From NCBI GenBank assembly GCA_945903635.1, contig CAMDOT010000041.1:1-32000 (forward strand): a DNA stretch of 32,000 bases, written 5' to 3'. The stretch comes from Rhizobium sp. Q54. Its GTDB lineage: Bacteria > Pseudomonadota > Alphaproteobacteria > Reyranellales > Reyranellaceae. Below, in pieces: positions 1 to 8,255 of the stretch (the first letter of the stretch is position 1; the number at the start of each line of letters is the position of its first letter). The position numbers and the translations under genes are program-made. Below the pieces are notes generated by a model. That model did not search any database. It was not told the DNA's origin and worked only from the letters and a program-made list of their open reading frames with translations.

Positions 1-1
1 G

Positions 2-199
2 CCCATCCGCCGCAACCTCGAAATCGGTGACGGATACTGCATGACCAACAATTCGAAGGACCGGCTGAATCGGGAATTCTCCTACCCGTCGCTCTGCCAG
101 ACGCCCGATCGGGCGTTGCATATCGCCTACACCTACTGGCGGCAGGCCATCAAATATGTCCGCGTCGCGCCGGACTGGGCGGCGGGAGAGAGCGTATGA
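2..199 (+). CDS. BNR/sialidase-like (exo-alpha-sialidase family) protein, C-terminal end only; 5' part lies upstream of the window
   Basis: Frame +2 is open from the window edge to TGA at 197-199. The translation ...NREFSYPSLCQTPDRALHIAYTYWRQAIKYVRVAPDW resembles the FSYPS-x-Q-x-D-x-x-H-x-x-YT-x-x-R-x-x-IK C-terminal signature of bacterial BNR sialidase-like proteins. It is absent from the ORF track because it has no in-window start. Confidence 0.5.
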   Translation, partial: PIRRNLEIGDGYCMTNNSKDRLNREFSYPSLCQTPDRALHIAYTYWRQAIKYVRVAPDWAAGESV

Positions 200-585
200 C
201 CGCGCTGCATCGGCGCGGCGTGTTCAGCGCCGCGCTGACCCCGGTGACCGAGGCACTCGCACCCGACCATGCGCTGTTCGTCGCGCACCGCAGGCGCCTG
301 TTGGAGGAGGGCTGCGACGGCATCGCGTCGCTCAGCACGACGGGAGAGGCGAATTCCCTCTCCTCCGACGAACGCGGCGCGCTGCTGGAATCGTTTGTTG
401 GAGCCGGCATCGCGCCGGACCGCCTGTGGCCGGGCGCGGGCGTCGCAGCGCGCAACCGCGCTTCGCGCAGATGGCCTCGCTGAAGATGCTCCTCGCCGAT
501 CGCATCGGCGAACCTGGCTGGCGGCGCCTGCGCCCCCCGCTGCTGCCGCTGTCCGCGGCGGAGGAGAAGTCGCTTCTCGAAGACC
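196..585 (+). pseudogene. Dihydrodipicolinate synthase / N-acetylneuraminate lyase (DHDPS/NanA) family remnant with a large internal deletion and frameshift
   Basis: ORF 196..483 begins like a DHDPS-family protein (GVFSAALTPV...LLEEGCDGIASLSTTGEANSLSSDERGALL...PDRLWPGAGVAA) but stops after 95 aa. From about 471, in a different frame, the text MASLKMLLADRIGEPGWRRLRPPLLPLSAAEEKSLLE matches the extreme C-terminus of the same family (alK.lla..g.p.w...RpPL.pl). The roughly 190 central residues, including the catalytic Lys region, are missing. The ATG at 196 overlaps the upstream stop (GTATGA). Confidence 0.55.
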
Positions 586-639
586 GACCGAATCAAACGG
601 CCGCCACTGTGCAGGACGGCCGATCGCATGGAGGATACG

Positions 640-1620
640 ATGAATCGACGTCAGATGCTGGTCGCGAGCGCAGCCGGGGGCGTCGGCCTGCTGGCTGCCC
701 CCGCCCTTCACGCGCAAGGCGCCTGGCCGCATGGCCGGCCGATCCGCGTGATCTGCCCCTGGCCGCCCGGCGCCGCCAATGACGCGTTGTCGCGGCTGCT
801 GGCGCAGCGGCTTCAGGAAAAGCTCGGCGCCACCGCGGTGGTGGAAAACCGCACGGGCGGCGCTGGGCTGGTGGGCACCACCGCCGTGCTGCAGGCCGCG
901 CCGGACGGATTCACACTGCTTGCCTCGGCGTTCAACACCGCGGTGATGCCGTTGGTGCTGAAGGGTGCGACGTTCGATCCGCAGCGGGACCTGGAGGTGT
1001 TGGCCCGCACGGCGCAGGCGCCGCTGGTTATGGTGATGAGCGGGCAGCGTCCGCAGCGGACCTTGGCCGAGGTGATCGCCGCGGCGAAGGAGAAGCCCCG
1101 AGAGTGGAACTTCGCGCTTTCCTCGCTCGGCTCAGCGGGGCATCTCGCGACTATCGAATTCGTCCGCCGCACCGGCGTCGAGATCAACATGGTGGCCTAT
1201 CGCGGCACGCAGCCGGCGCTGATGGACCTGATGGGCGGCCATGCGCAGCTTCTGATCGATCCGAGCTTCGCTCTGCTGCCGGCGACCGGGGACGGACGGA
1301 TCCGAGCCCTTGGCATAGCGACGGCGGAGCGTTCAAGCTTGGCGCCGAATGTGCCGACCATGGCGGAGGCCGGGCTGCCCGACTACCGCTTCCAATCCTG
1401 GTACGGGGTGTGGGCGCCGAAGGGCACGCCGGCCGAGATCAATGAGCGCGTCAATGCGCTGATGCAGGAGACGATGCGCGATCCCGCCATCATCGATCGG
1501 CTGAAGGGCCAGCTCCTCGAACCGGTGACGGAGAGCATCGCGGAGACGCGGCGCTTTATCGGCACGGAGATCACCCGCGCCACTGAGCTGCTGCGCAGCG
1601 TCAACTACCAGCCCGAGTGA
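640..1620 (+). CDS. Bug-family (TctC-like) tripartite tricarboxylate transporter periplasmic substrate-binding protein, copy 1
   Basis: ORF 628..1620. The preferred start is ATG 640 (MNRRQMLVASAAGG..., RR-containing signal peptide), preceded by GGAGGA. Typical Bug-family text: RPIRVICPWPPGAANDALSRLLAQ..., YRGTQPALMDLMGGHAQLLIDP, WYGVWAPKGTP. Confidence 0.9.
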   Translation: MNRRQMLVASAAGGVGLLAAPALHAQGAWPHGRPIRVICPWPPGAANDALSRLLAQRLQEKLGATAVVENRTGGAGLVGTTAVLQAAPDGFTLLASAFNTAVMPLVLKGATFDPQRDLEVLARTAQAPLVMVMSGQRPQRTLAEVIAAAKEKPREWNFALSSLGSAGHLATIEFVRRTGVEINMVAYRGTQPALMDLMGGHAQLLIDPSFALLPATGDGRIRALGIATAERSSLAPNVPTMAEAGLPDYRFQSWYGVWAPKGTPAEINERVNALMQETMRDPAIIDRLKGQLLEPVTESIAETRRFIGTEITRATELLRSVNYQPE

Positions 1621-1633
1621 GGGACACCGATCC

Positions 1634-2611
1634 ATGCTGACCAGGCGAATGCTGGGCACTTCCGCAGGCGCGATCGCGCTTGCGGCGCCCCTTGTCGCAC
1701 GCGCGCAATCCACCTGGCCGCTGGGCCGGCCCATCCGCGTCATCTGCCCGACGCCGCCGGGCGCGGCCAATGACATGCTGGCTCGGCTGCTCGCGCAGCG
1801 GCTGCAGGACCGGCTGGGGGCCGTTGCCATTGTCGAGAACCGGCCCGGCGGGTCGGCGCTGCTCGGCACCAATGTCGTGCTCCAGGCACCGCCGGACGGC
1901 TTCACGCTGCTGGCCTCGACCTTCAACACAGCGGTCATGCCGCTGGTCCTCAAGGGCGCAAGTTTCGACCCCCAGACGGACCTGACCGTGATGGGACGGA
2001 CGGCGCAGGCGCCGCTGGTCATGGTGATCAGCGGCTCGCGGCCCGAGCGGACGATCCAGGAGGTGGTCGCGGCGGCCAAGGCGAAGCCACAGGACTGGAA
2101 CATCGCAATCTCGGCGCTGGGATCGGCCGGCCATCTGGCGACGATCGACTTCATGCGCCGGACCGGCGTCGATCTGAACGTCGTGACCTATCGCGGCACC
2201 CAGCCGGCGCTGACCGACCTGATGGGCGGCAGCGCGCAGCTTCTGATCGATCCGAGCTTCGCGCTGCTTGCCAGCCGGGCCCACGGGCGTATCCGCGCCT
2301 TGGGCATCGCGGCGGCTCAGCGCTCCCCGCTGGCCGCCGATGTGCCCACCATGGCGGAAGCAGGCCTCCCAGGCTTCGAGTTCCAGGCCTGGTATGGCGT
2401 GTGGGGCCCGAAGGACACGCCGCCCGAGATAGCCCAGCGCGTCAACGCCCTCATACAGGAGACGATGAAGGATCCGGAGATCGCCCAGCGCCTCACCACG
2501 CAGGTGATCGAACCGGTCGTCGAGAGCATCGACGATAGCCGCCGCTTCATCGCCGCCGAAATCCAGCGTGCCGGGGAATTGCTGCGCAGCGTCAACTACC
2601 AGCCGGAGTAG
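1634..2611 (+). CDS. Bug-family (TctC-like) periplasmic substrate-binding protein, copy 2 (tandem paralogue)
   Basis: 325-aa ORF starting 13 nt after copy 1. It is colinear with copy 1 over the full length, about three quarters identical by eye, with the same C-terminus ELLRSVNYQPE. Signal peptide MLTRRMLGTSAGAIALAAPLVARAQ. Confidence 0.9.
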   Translation: MLTRRMLGTSAGAIALAAPLVARAQSTWPLGRPIRVICPTPPGAANDMLARLLAQRLQDRLGAVAIVENRPGGSALLGTNVVLQAPPDGFTLLASTFNTAVMPLVLKGASFDPQTDLTVMGRTAQAPLVMVISGSRPERTIQEVVAAAKAKPQDWNIAISALGSAGHLATIDFMRRTGVDLNVVTYRGTQPALTDLMGGSAQLLIDPSFALLASRAHGRIRALGIAAAQRSPLAADVPTMAEAGLPGFEFQAWYGVWGPKDTPPEIAQRVNALIQETMKDPEIAQRLTTQVIEPVVESIDDSRRFIAAEIQRAGELLRSVNYQPE

Positions 2612-2628
2612 GCGCAAGGGCAGGGCCG

Positions 2629-3459
2629 ATGATGATCGCGGATTCTCAGGTGCATGTGTGGGCGGCGGAACCAGCCGACCATCCATGGCCGCAACCGCCG
2701 CCCGCGGTGGTCCAGCGTGCGGAACCCCTCTCGCCGGATGCGTTGCTGGCGGAGATGGACCGCGCCGGCGTGCAACGCGCCGTGCTGGTGCCACCATCCT
2801 GGGAAGGGTACCGCAATGCGCTGTGCCTCGCGGCGGCCCAGCGGCATCCCGACCGTTTCGCCGTCATGGGCCGACTGCCCTTGGACGCACCGGACAGCCG
2901 GGACCGCTTCAGCGAGTGGCGGTTCATTCCCGGTATGCTGGGGGCGCGGCTCAACTTCCGCCGCGCAGCGGTCCGCCAGCTTCGCGACGGCAGCGTCGAT
3001 TGGATCTTCCGCCAGGCCGAGGCCGACGGCCTCCCCCTGATGCTGTTCGTCAACGAGGATTTCGAGGCGGTCGGCCTGGTTGCTGAGCGCCATCCCGGCC
3101 TGCGCCTCGTGCTGGACCACATGGGCGCGCATGTCGAGCACCGTGGCGCGGCGGCTTTCGAACATCTGGGCGATCTGCTGCGCCTCGCCAGGTTCGGCAA
3201 TGTCGCGATCAAGGCCTCCGCGCTGCCATGCGCAGCTGAAGACGGCTATCCCTATCGTAGCGTCGAGCCATTCCTGAAAGCCGCCTTCGACGCCTTCGGG
3301 CCGGAGCGACTGTTCTGGGGATCCGACCTGACGCGCCTGCCCTGCGATTACCGCGATGCGGTCACGATGTTCACCGAGCACCTTCCGTGGCTCGGCGGCG
3401 CGGATAGGGCGGCGGTGATGGGCGCATCGCTTTGCCGATGGCTGAACTGGAAAGCGTGA
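2629..3459 (+). CDS. Amidohydrolase-2 family metal-dependent TIM-barrel hydrolase/decarboxylase-like protein
   Basis: 276-aa ORF with an N-terminal IADSQVHVW motif (D/H-x-H-x-W type), internal LVLDHMG and C-terminal LFWGSD. These are the three hallmark metal-ligand segments of the Amidohydro_2 family (lactonases, ACMSD/LigW-type decarboxylases). Confidence 0.8.
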   Translation: MMIADSQVHVWAAEPADHPWPQPPPAVVQRAEPLSPDALLAEMDRAGVQRAVLVPPSWEGYRNALCLAAAQRHPDRFAVMGRLPLDAPDSRDRFSEWRFIPGMLGARLNFRRAAVRQLRDGSVDWIFRQAEADGLPLMLFVNEDFEAVGLVAERHPGLRLVLDHMGAHVEHRGAAAFEHLGDLLRLARFGNVAIKASALPCAAEDGYPYRSVEPFLKAAFDAFGPERLFWGSDLTRLPCDYRDAVTMFTEHLPWLGGADRAAVMGASLCRWLNWKA

Positions 3460-3599
3460 CAGCGTAATGACCGATCCGGATGCGCGTGACCGCAGTGTCT
3501 GCGTCACAGGCGCCGCCCTGCGGGATGGGTGCGGCGATCGCCCGCAGCTTCACCATTCAGAGACCGGGCGATCTGACCGGTTTTGGCAACAACAGGGGG

Positions 3600-3893
3600 C
3601 CGCTTGATCAATCGGCCCGGCGCCTCCTGCACTTCGCCGCCCAGGGTGAGACGCACGATGCACGCCTTTGGATGCCAATTGCCGAAGCGACCCGTGCGGT
3701 AGGCAATACCTCCTGCCTCGTCGGTACTGCCGAGCAAGTCGCCTCCGCCCTGCTGGAATACTACAAGCTCGGGATCCACTCGTTCCTTATCCGCGGCTTC
3801 GATCCGTACAAGGACACGGTTGAATTCGGGCGCGAACTGATCCCTCGCTTAAGGGCAGGCGCCGTCGAGTTGGACCAGGCAAAGGCTGCTTGA
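3600..3893 (+). pseudogene. 5'-truncated fragment of an LLM-class (SsuD-like) flavin-dependent monooxygenase; only the C-terminal ~95 aa remain
   Basis: The tail of ORF 3480..3893 reads ...RLWMPIAEATRAVGNTSCLVGTAEQVASALLEYYKLGIHSFLIRGFDPYKDTVEFGRELIPRLR. This aligns by eye with the C-terminus of SsuD-type luciferase-like monooxygenases (...LWAGVG...[48 protein letters not shown]). The upstream ~270 aa of the barrel are absent, and the N-terminal 40 aa of the ORF look non-homologous. Confidence 0.6.
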
Positions 3894-3917
3894 CCGGCGC
3901 ACGTAAACGGACCGCGT

Positions 3918-4087
3918 TTCCCTGTTCGAGCCCGACGACTTCCCTGCTCCACCATGGATAATTCCCTGTTCTATCGGGCCGGGTTTACAGGCCCGGATCG
4001 GTCATAATGGCCATTTTGCTGGGATTTCACCGCTGTGAGCCGAGGGATAAGACCAAATTCCCTGTTATTTTCCCTGTTAGCAGGGAA
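3918..4087. repeat. Array of six TTCCCTG heptamers: three direct copies phased at exactly 22 bp, then two direct copies 12 bp apart merging into a perfect 7-4-7 palindrome
   Basis: TTCCCTG occurs at 3918, 3940, 3962 (each as TTCCCTGYTC), 4058 and 4070 (each as TTCCCTGTTA), with inverted CAGGGAA at 4081-4087. This gives TTCCCTGTTAGCAGGGAA at 4070-4087, flanked by AATT/GAATTC. The array lies in an AT-richer 258-bp gap between two convergent gene ends. Confidence 0.7.
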
Positions 4088-4151
4088 TTCGACCTGAGAC
4101 CGGTTCGCGGTCGACTGCGTCCACTACCAACCGCCTCCGGCCGTATGACGG

Positions 4152-5507
4152 CTATTGCTTGGCGATCTCCGGCAGGTCGAACTCCCGCCAGCCGGGGACT
4201 TCGGACACCTCCGGGAATTCGGCGCCAAACGGCTTGGTCGCATCGATGCCGACCGAGGAGGAGTAGCCGCCATTGGTGTAGGGATCGAGCGGCGCTGTCG
4301 CCGTGCGATCGACGATGAACACGTCCTCGCTCGGTTTGACGCGAAAGGATTGCGCCCACTCGACTTCGGCTGAGTTGCGGATGTCGATGTCGGGATCGAC
4401 CGCGATGACCCACTTGGGATGGAGGTTGCCGGCCATGGCGGCGAGGATCGCATGGCGTGCCTCGCCTTCGTAGCGCGGCTTCATGGCGATCACGACATAG
4501 ACCTGGACGCCGCCCGAGCTGTTGATGGAGACGTCGCTGATCGTCGGAAACTGGGCCTGGAGCTGGCGCAGGATCGAGCTCTCGAACGGGATCTGCTTCA
4601 GGACATGATTCTCGGTGATCGGCTTGCCGGTCAGCAGGCCCTGGAAGATCGCGCCTGTGCGGTGGGTGATGGCGGTGATCTTGGCGACCGGCTTGGGCGA
4701 GGCGGGCGTGTAGTAGCCGGTGTATTCGCCGAGCGGCCCCTCGACCTTCTGGTCGTTGGTGTCGACCGTGAATTCAATCACGATCTCGGCGAGCGCCGGC
4801 ACCTTCATGTCGTTGCTGATCGCCTTGGCGAGCTCGACGGGCGACCCCCGCAGGCCGCCCGCCACGAACCAGTCGTTGGTGGAATCGCTCGACTGCACCT
4901 GGCAGGAGTACATCGTCAATGGATCGACGCCGATCACTAGGGCGCCGTGGAGCTGCTTCCCCATCTGGGTGGCGTGCGCCATGTTCTTGCCGAAGCGATG
5001 GTTGGGGGCGGAGAAGACACCCAGCTCCTTCGGCCCGTGGACCTGGAAGCGGTAATTGCCGATGTCGGGAATGCCGGTTTCAGGATTTTCCGACACCACG
5101 ATGCCCGCGGTGATGTAGGGCCCGCCGTCCTTCGGACTGTAGATCGGCACCGGCAGCTTGGTGACGTCGATCGCATCGCCCGTCAGCACGACCTCCTGGC
5201 AGGGCGGCTTGCCCTTTAAGTCCACGGGCGCGATCGGGTTGTTGATGGCCTTGAGGACCTTCTCGTGGATCGTCTTCTCGGACGCTTCGAAGGCCATCAG
5301 CGCGAGCCTGCGGTTGCCGTAGACGCCGGCCACCAGCGGAAAATCCGTGCCGGTCTGTTTGAACATCAGGGCGGGGCCCTGCATCGAACTTGCCTTGGCC
5401 AGCGCCTTTGCGACATCGTATTTGAGGGCGACCGGCCGGTCGATATCGACGAGTTCGCCCGCATTCTTCAAGGCCGTCAGGAAGGCACGCAGATCTTGAT
5501 AGGGCAT
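4152..5507 (-). CDS. UbiD-family (prFMN-dependent) aromatic acid decarboxylase, short form (~451 aa)
   Basis: ORF 4152..5513; the track start is TTG 5513 and I prefer ATG 5507 (MPYQDLRAFLTALKNAGELVDIDRPV..., as in UbiD N-termini). UbiD hallmarks are present: IGNYRFQV, ALVIGVDP, EGPLGEYTGYY (compare EGPFGDHTGYY in E. coli UbiD), GIDATKP. Confidence 0.9.
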   Translation of the reverse strand: MPYQDLRAFLTALKNAGELVDIDRPVALKYDVAKALAKASSMQGPALMFKQTGTDFPLVAGVYGNRRLALMAFEASEKTIHEKVLKAINNPIAPVDLKGKPPCQEVVLTGDAIDVTKLPVPIYSPKDGGPYITAGIVVSENPETGIPDIGNYRFQVHGPKELGVFSAPNHRFGKNMAHATQMGKQLHGALVIGVDPLTMYSCQVQSSDSTNDWFVAGGLRGSPVELAKAISNDMKVPALAEIVIEFTVDTNDQKVEGPLGEYTGYYTPASPKPVAKITAITHRTGAIFQGLLTGKPITENHVLKQIPFESSILRQLQAQFPTISDVSINSSGGVQVYVVIAMKPRYEGEARHAILAAMAGNLHPKWVIAVDPDIDIRNSAEVEWAQSFRVKPSEDVFIVDRTATAPLDPYTNGGYSSSVGIDATKPFGAEFPEVSEVPGWREFDLPEIAKQ

Positions 5508-5542
5508 GTTCAATCCGTCCTTGCTTCTTCCGAGTACAATGC

Positions 5543-6574
5543 ATGATGCGTAGCTTGTTTGCCGACATCCATCGTCATGACATCGAGTCGGCCATTCGCG
5601 TTGCCGTGGCCGTCGGCCTGCCGTTGCTGGCGCTCGATGCCATCGGCCGCCTCGATCTCGCCGTCTATGCCGCGTTCGGCGGGCTGGCGATGCTCTACGG
5701 CCACAGCGAATCCGCGAAGCGACGCGTCGAAAGCCAGATCGTGGCGGGCGCCGGCCTGGTCGTCACGATCGCGGTGGCCATGGCTTACTCGGCCGCGCAG
5801 GCGCCGGTGGCCGTGCTGGGCGTCCTGCTTGCCGCCACCGTGATCGCTGCCGTCACGCTGGGGGCGGCCATGCGCTGGGTACCGCGCGGAGAAATGTTCT
5901 TCGTGCTGGTGCTGCTGATCATCGCCGATATCCCCACGAGTTGGGACCGCCTGCCGCTCGGCATCGCCGTCGGCGCCGGAGGTGCCGCCTTCTCCGTACT
6001 GCTCGCCGCGCTCAACCGCATCGGTGCGCCCCCGGACGAAGCGAAACGCGACGGATGGCATCGCCGCATGGTCTCGGGATATGCCGATCTCGACCGCCGG
6101 CAGCATCTGGTGCTGATCGTGGCCGCCACGCTCGGCGTCCTCACGGCCTGGTCGCTGGCCCTTGCCCTGGGCGTCGGCAATCCCTTCTGGGGCGCGGTCA
6201 CCGTCGCCGCACTGATGCCGGCGCTGGCCGCCGCCGACGTCTGGCGCCGCACGATTCACCTCATGCTGGGTACCTTGGGCGGTGTAGCCATCGCCACTTT
6301 CCTGTTCTCCTTCGATCCCGGCCATCTCGCGCTGATCGCGATCATCGTTGTCTGCCAAGCTGTCGCGGAGATCGCGGTGTCGCGCAACTACGGTGTCGCG
6401 CTGCTTTTCTTCTCGCCGCTCGCCATCGCCATGAGCAACCTGAGCCGCGGTGCGCCCTGGCAGCCGCTGCTGATCGACCGGCTGGCCGAGGCCGCCATCG
6501 GGACGGCGGTCGCCTTCATCGTGATCCTGGCCGGGCGCCGGATCCTCGCCCGGATCCGTGCGAAGATCGCTTAG
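5543..6574 (+). CDS. FUSC / aromatic-acid-exporter (ArAE)-like integral membrane protein
   Basis: 343-aa highly hydrophobic ORF of about 8-10 TM segments. The N-terminus IESAIRVAVAVGLPLLALDAIGRLDLAVYAAFGGLAMLYG and the later GNPFWGAVTVAALMP...R..HLMLGTLGGVAIA are typical of fusaric-acid-resistance / AaeB-like family cores. Confidence 0.65.
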   Translation: MMRSLFADIHRHDIESAIRVAVAVGLPLLALDAIGRLDLAVYAAFGGLAMLYGHSESAKRRVESQIVAGAGLVVTIAVAMAYSAAQAPVAVLGVLLAATVIAAVTLGAAMRWVPRGEMFFVLVLLIIADIPTSWDRLPLGIAVGAGGAAFSVLLAALNRIGAPPDEAKRDGWHRRMVSGYADLDRRQHLVLIVAATLGVLTAWSLALALGVGNPFWGAVTVAALMPALAAADVWRRTIHLMLGTLGGVAIATFLFSFDPGHLALIAIIVVCQAVAEIAVSRNYGVALLFFSPLAIAMSNLSRGAPWQPLLIDRLAEAAIGTAVAFIVILAGRRILARIRAKIA

Positions 6575-6598
6575 GTCTCCGCCACGCCGCATCGCCGT

Positions 6599-8227
6599 CT
6601 AATCTGTCGTCTTCATGTGCCGCGGGTCGGAGTGGTTAAGCCCCTGCGGCTTGGCTTCCCAGGCGAAGGGCTTGTCCGAGATGGTGTAGCGATACCACGG
6701 CGGATCGTTTGTCCGGCCGAGCTTGTGCCGAAGGTTGCCGAAGGCCCGGTAGAGAACCGGATAAGGCTGGCCGTGATAGTTCTTGAGGATCTCGTACCAG
6801 GCGCGCGGCTGGGCAGCGATGAACGCCTCCATGTCCTTCGTCAGCGCCTCCTCCGTCATCGCCTTCACGTTCGCCGGCGGATCGCCGAGATCGGTTACGG
6901 TGCTGCGCACGAACTCGTTGGGGTTCCAGTCCGGCCCGATCGGGACAGTGCAGTCCATGCCGATCTTGGACGAAATGCCGGGCACCGCGCTCGTGGGATC
7001 GACAGTCATGGTGTTGAGCCCGTCGAGCCGCACCGTGTCGCGGTCGGGCATGTAGCGATAGGCCATGGCGGCGAGGACGGCCTGGTCGTCCCAGATGTCG
7101 ACATCGGTGTCGAAGACCATGGCGATCTTGGGCAGGCCCTGCTTGGAGCAGGTGAGCATGATGCCCAGCGCCTGCTTGGCGTCGCCACCGCCCAGCGGAT
7201 GGATCTTGGCGTAGGCGATGTTGGACAGGCCGCCCAGCGGGCAGCGCACCTCGCGCACGTCGATGCCGCCCTGCTTCAGCCCGTTGAACAGGTCGGCCTC
7301 GATCGCCGGCAGCTGCAGCATGTTGTCGGTATACCAGGGATGCAGGCCGCCGATGGTGCAATGCTGGAAGATCCCGCCCTTGCGGTAGGTCATCGCCTTA
7401 ACCTTGAGGCGATAATTGTGCTTGATGCCACCGCCGTACATGCCGGTGAACTCGCCGTACGGACCCTCGTCGAAGATGAGCCCTTCCTGCGCCATCAGCT
7501 CGCATTCGAGCACGATCTCGGCATTGGCCGGCACCATCACGTCGATGGTCTCGCATTTGATCATTTTCGCTGGCGCGCCGTAGAAGGCGCCCAGCACCTC
7601 GAAATCGTCAGTGTCGGAGGTGACGCCGGCCAACGCCGAGATCTTGTCGATGGTCGGCCCCCCGATGACGATCGCGACCTCGAGGTTCTGCCCCTTCGCC
7701 GCCGCCGCCATGGCGTGGATGCGCTGGCGGTGCGAGGTGCAGGTCATGTCGACCGACTTCTCGTTCTTCGAGCGGAACATCGAGCGGTAGATGCCCCAGT
7801 CGTAGACGCCGGTGTCGGGATGCTTGCTGATGAAGAGATTGTCGTTGGTGTAGGCGTGGCCGTCGCGGTCGTGATGCAGGAACAGCGGCAGGCGCGTGAG
7901 GTCGACGTCGTCGCCCTTCAGGATCACTTCCTTGCAGGGCGCCGTCGTCACCGTCTCCCACTTCACGCGACCCTTGGAGCGCGCGACCATCTCGAGGCCG
8001 GTCCGCGTCTTGTCGCAGCCCATGGCCCAGGCAAACATTTCCTGGTTCGAATAGGCGTTGGCCAGCACCGAGAACTCGGTGTCCTTGATCTTCTCGACCA
8101 GGACGGCCTTGGTCGGATTGTCTTCCATGAGCTTAGGGACCTGGTCGACGCGCACCTCTTCCTTGATGCGCACGAGGAAGCCCGCCTTGTCCATGGCGGC
8201 GACGAAATCCGAAAGCGACTGTTGCAT
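6599..8227 (-). CDS. UbiD-family (prFMN-dependent) decarboxylase, long divergent form (542 aa) with an unassigned C-terminal extension
   Basis: Colinear with UbiD proteins (WGIYRSMF, VAIVIGGP, DEGPYGEFTGMY, KIGMDCTVP) but only distantly similar to the 4152-5507 copy. About 111 aa follow the KIGMDCTVP segment, versus about 27 in the other copy. Confidence 0.85.
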   Translation of the reverse strand: MQQSLSDFVAAMDKAGFLVRIKEEVRVDQVPKLMEDNPTKAVLVEKIKDTEFSVLANAYSNQEMFAWAMGCDKTRTGLEMVARSKGRVKWETVTTAPCKEVILKGDDVDLTRLPLFLHHDRDGHAYTNDNLFISKHPDTGVYDWGIYRSMFRSKNEKSVDMTCTSHRQRIHAMAAAAKGQNLEVAIVIGGPTIDKISALAGVTSDTDDFEVLGAFYGAPAKMIKCETIDVMVPANAEIVLECELMAQEGLIFDEGPYGEFTGMYGGGIKHNYRLKVKAMTYRKGGIFQHCTIGGLHPWYTDNMLQLPAIEADLFNGLKQGGIDVREVRCPLGGLSNIAYAKIHPLGGGDAKQALGIMLTCSKQGLPKIAMVFDTDVDIWDDQAVLAAMAYRYMPDRDTVRLDGLNTMTVDPTSAVPGISSKIGMDCTVPIGPDWNPNEFVRSTVTDLGDPPANVKAMTEEALTKDMEAFIAAQPRAWYEILKNYHGQPYPVLYRAFGNLRHKLGRTNDPPWYRYTISDKPFAWEAKPQGLNHSDPRHMKTTD

Positions 8228-8255
8228 GGTCTGATCCCGCTGATGAAGAAACGCG

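Noticed and set aside
4007-4318. 103-aa plus-strand ORF across the TTCCCTG repeat region
   Set aside because: It runs from non-coding repeat sequence into the antisense of the UbiD gene's 3' end. The translation is Arg/Pro-rich and has no support as a gene.
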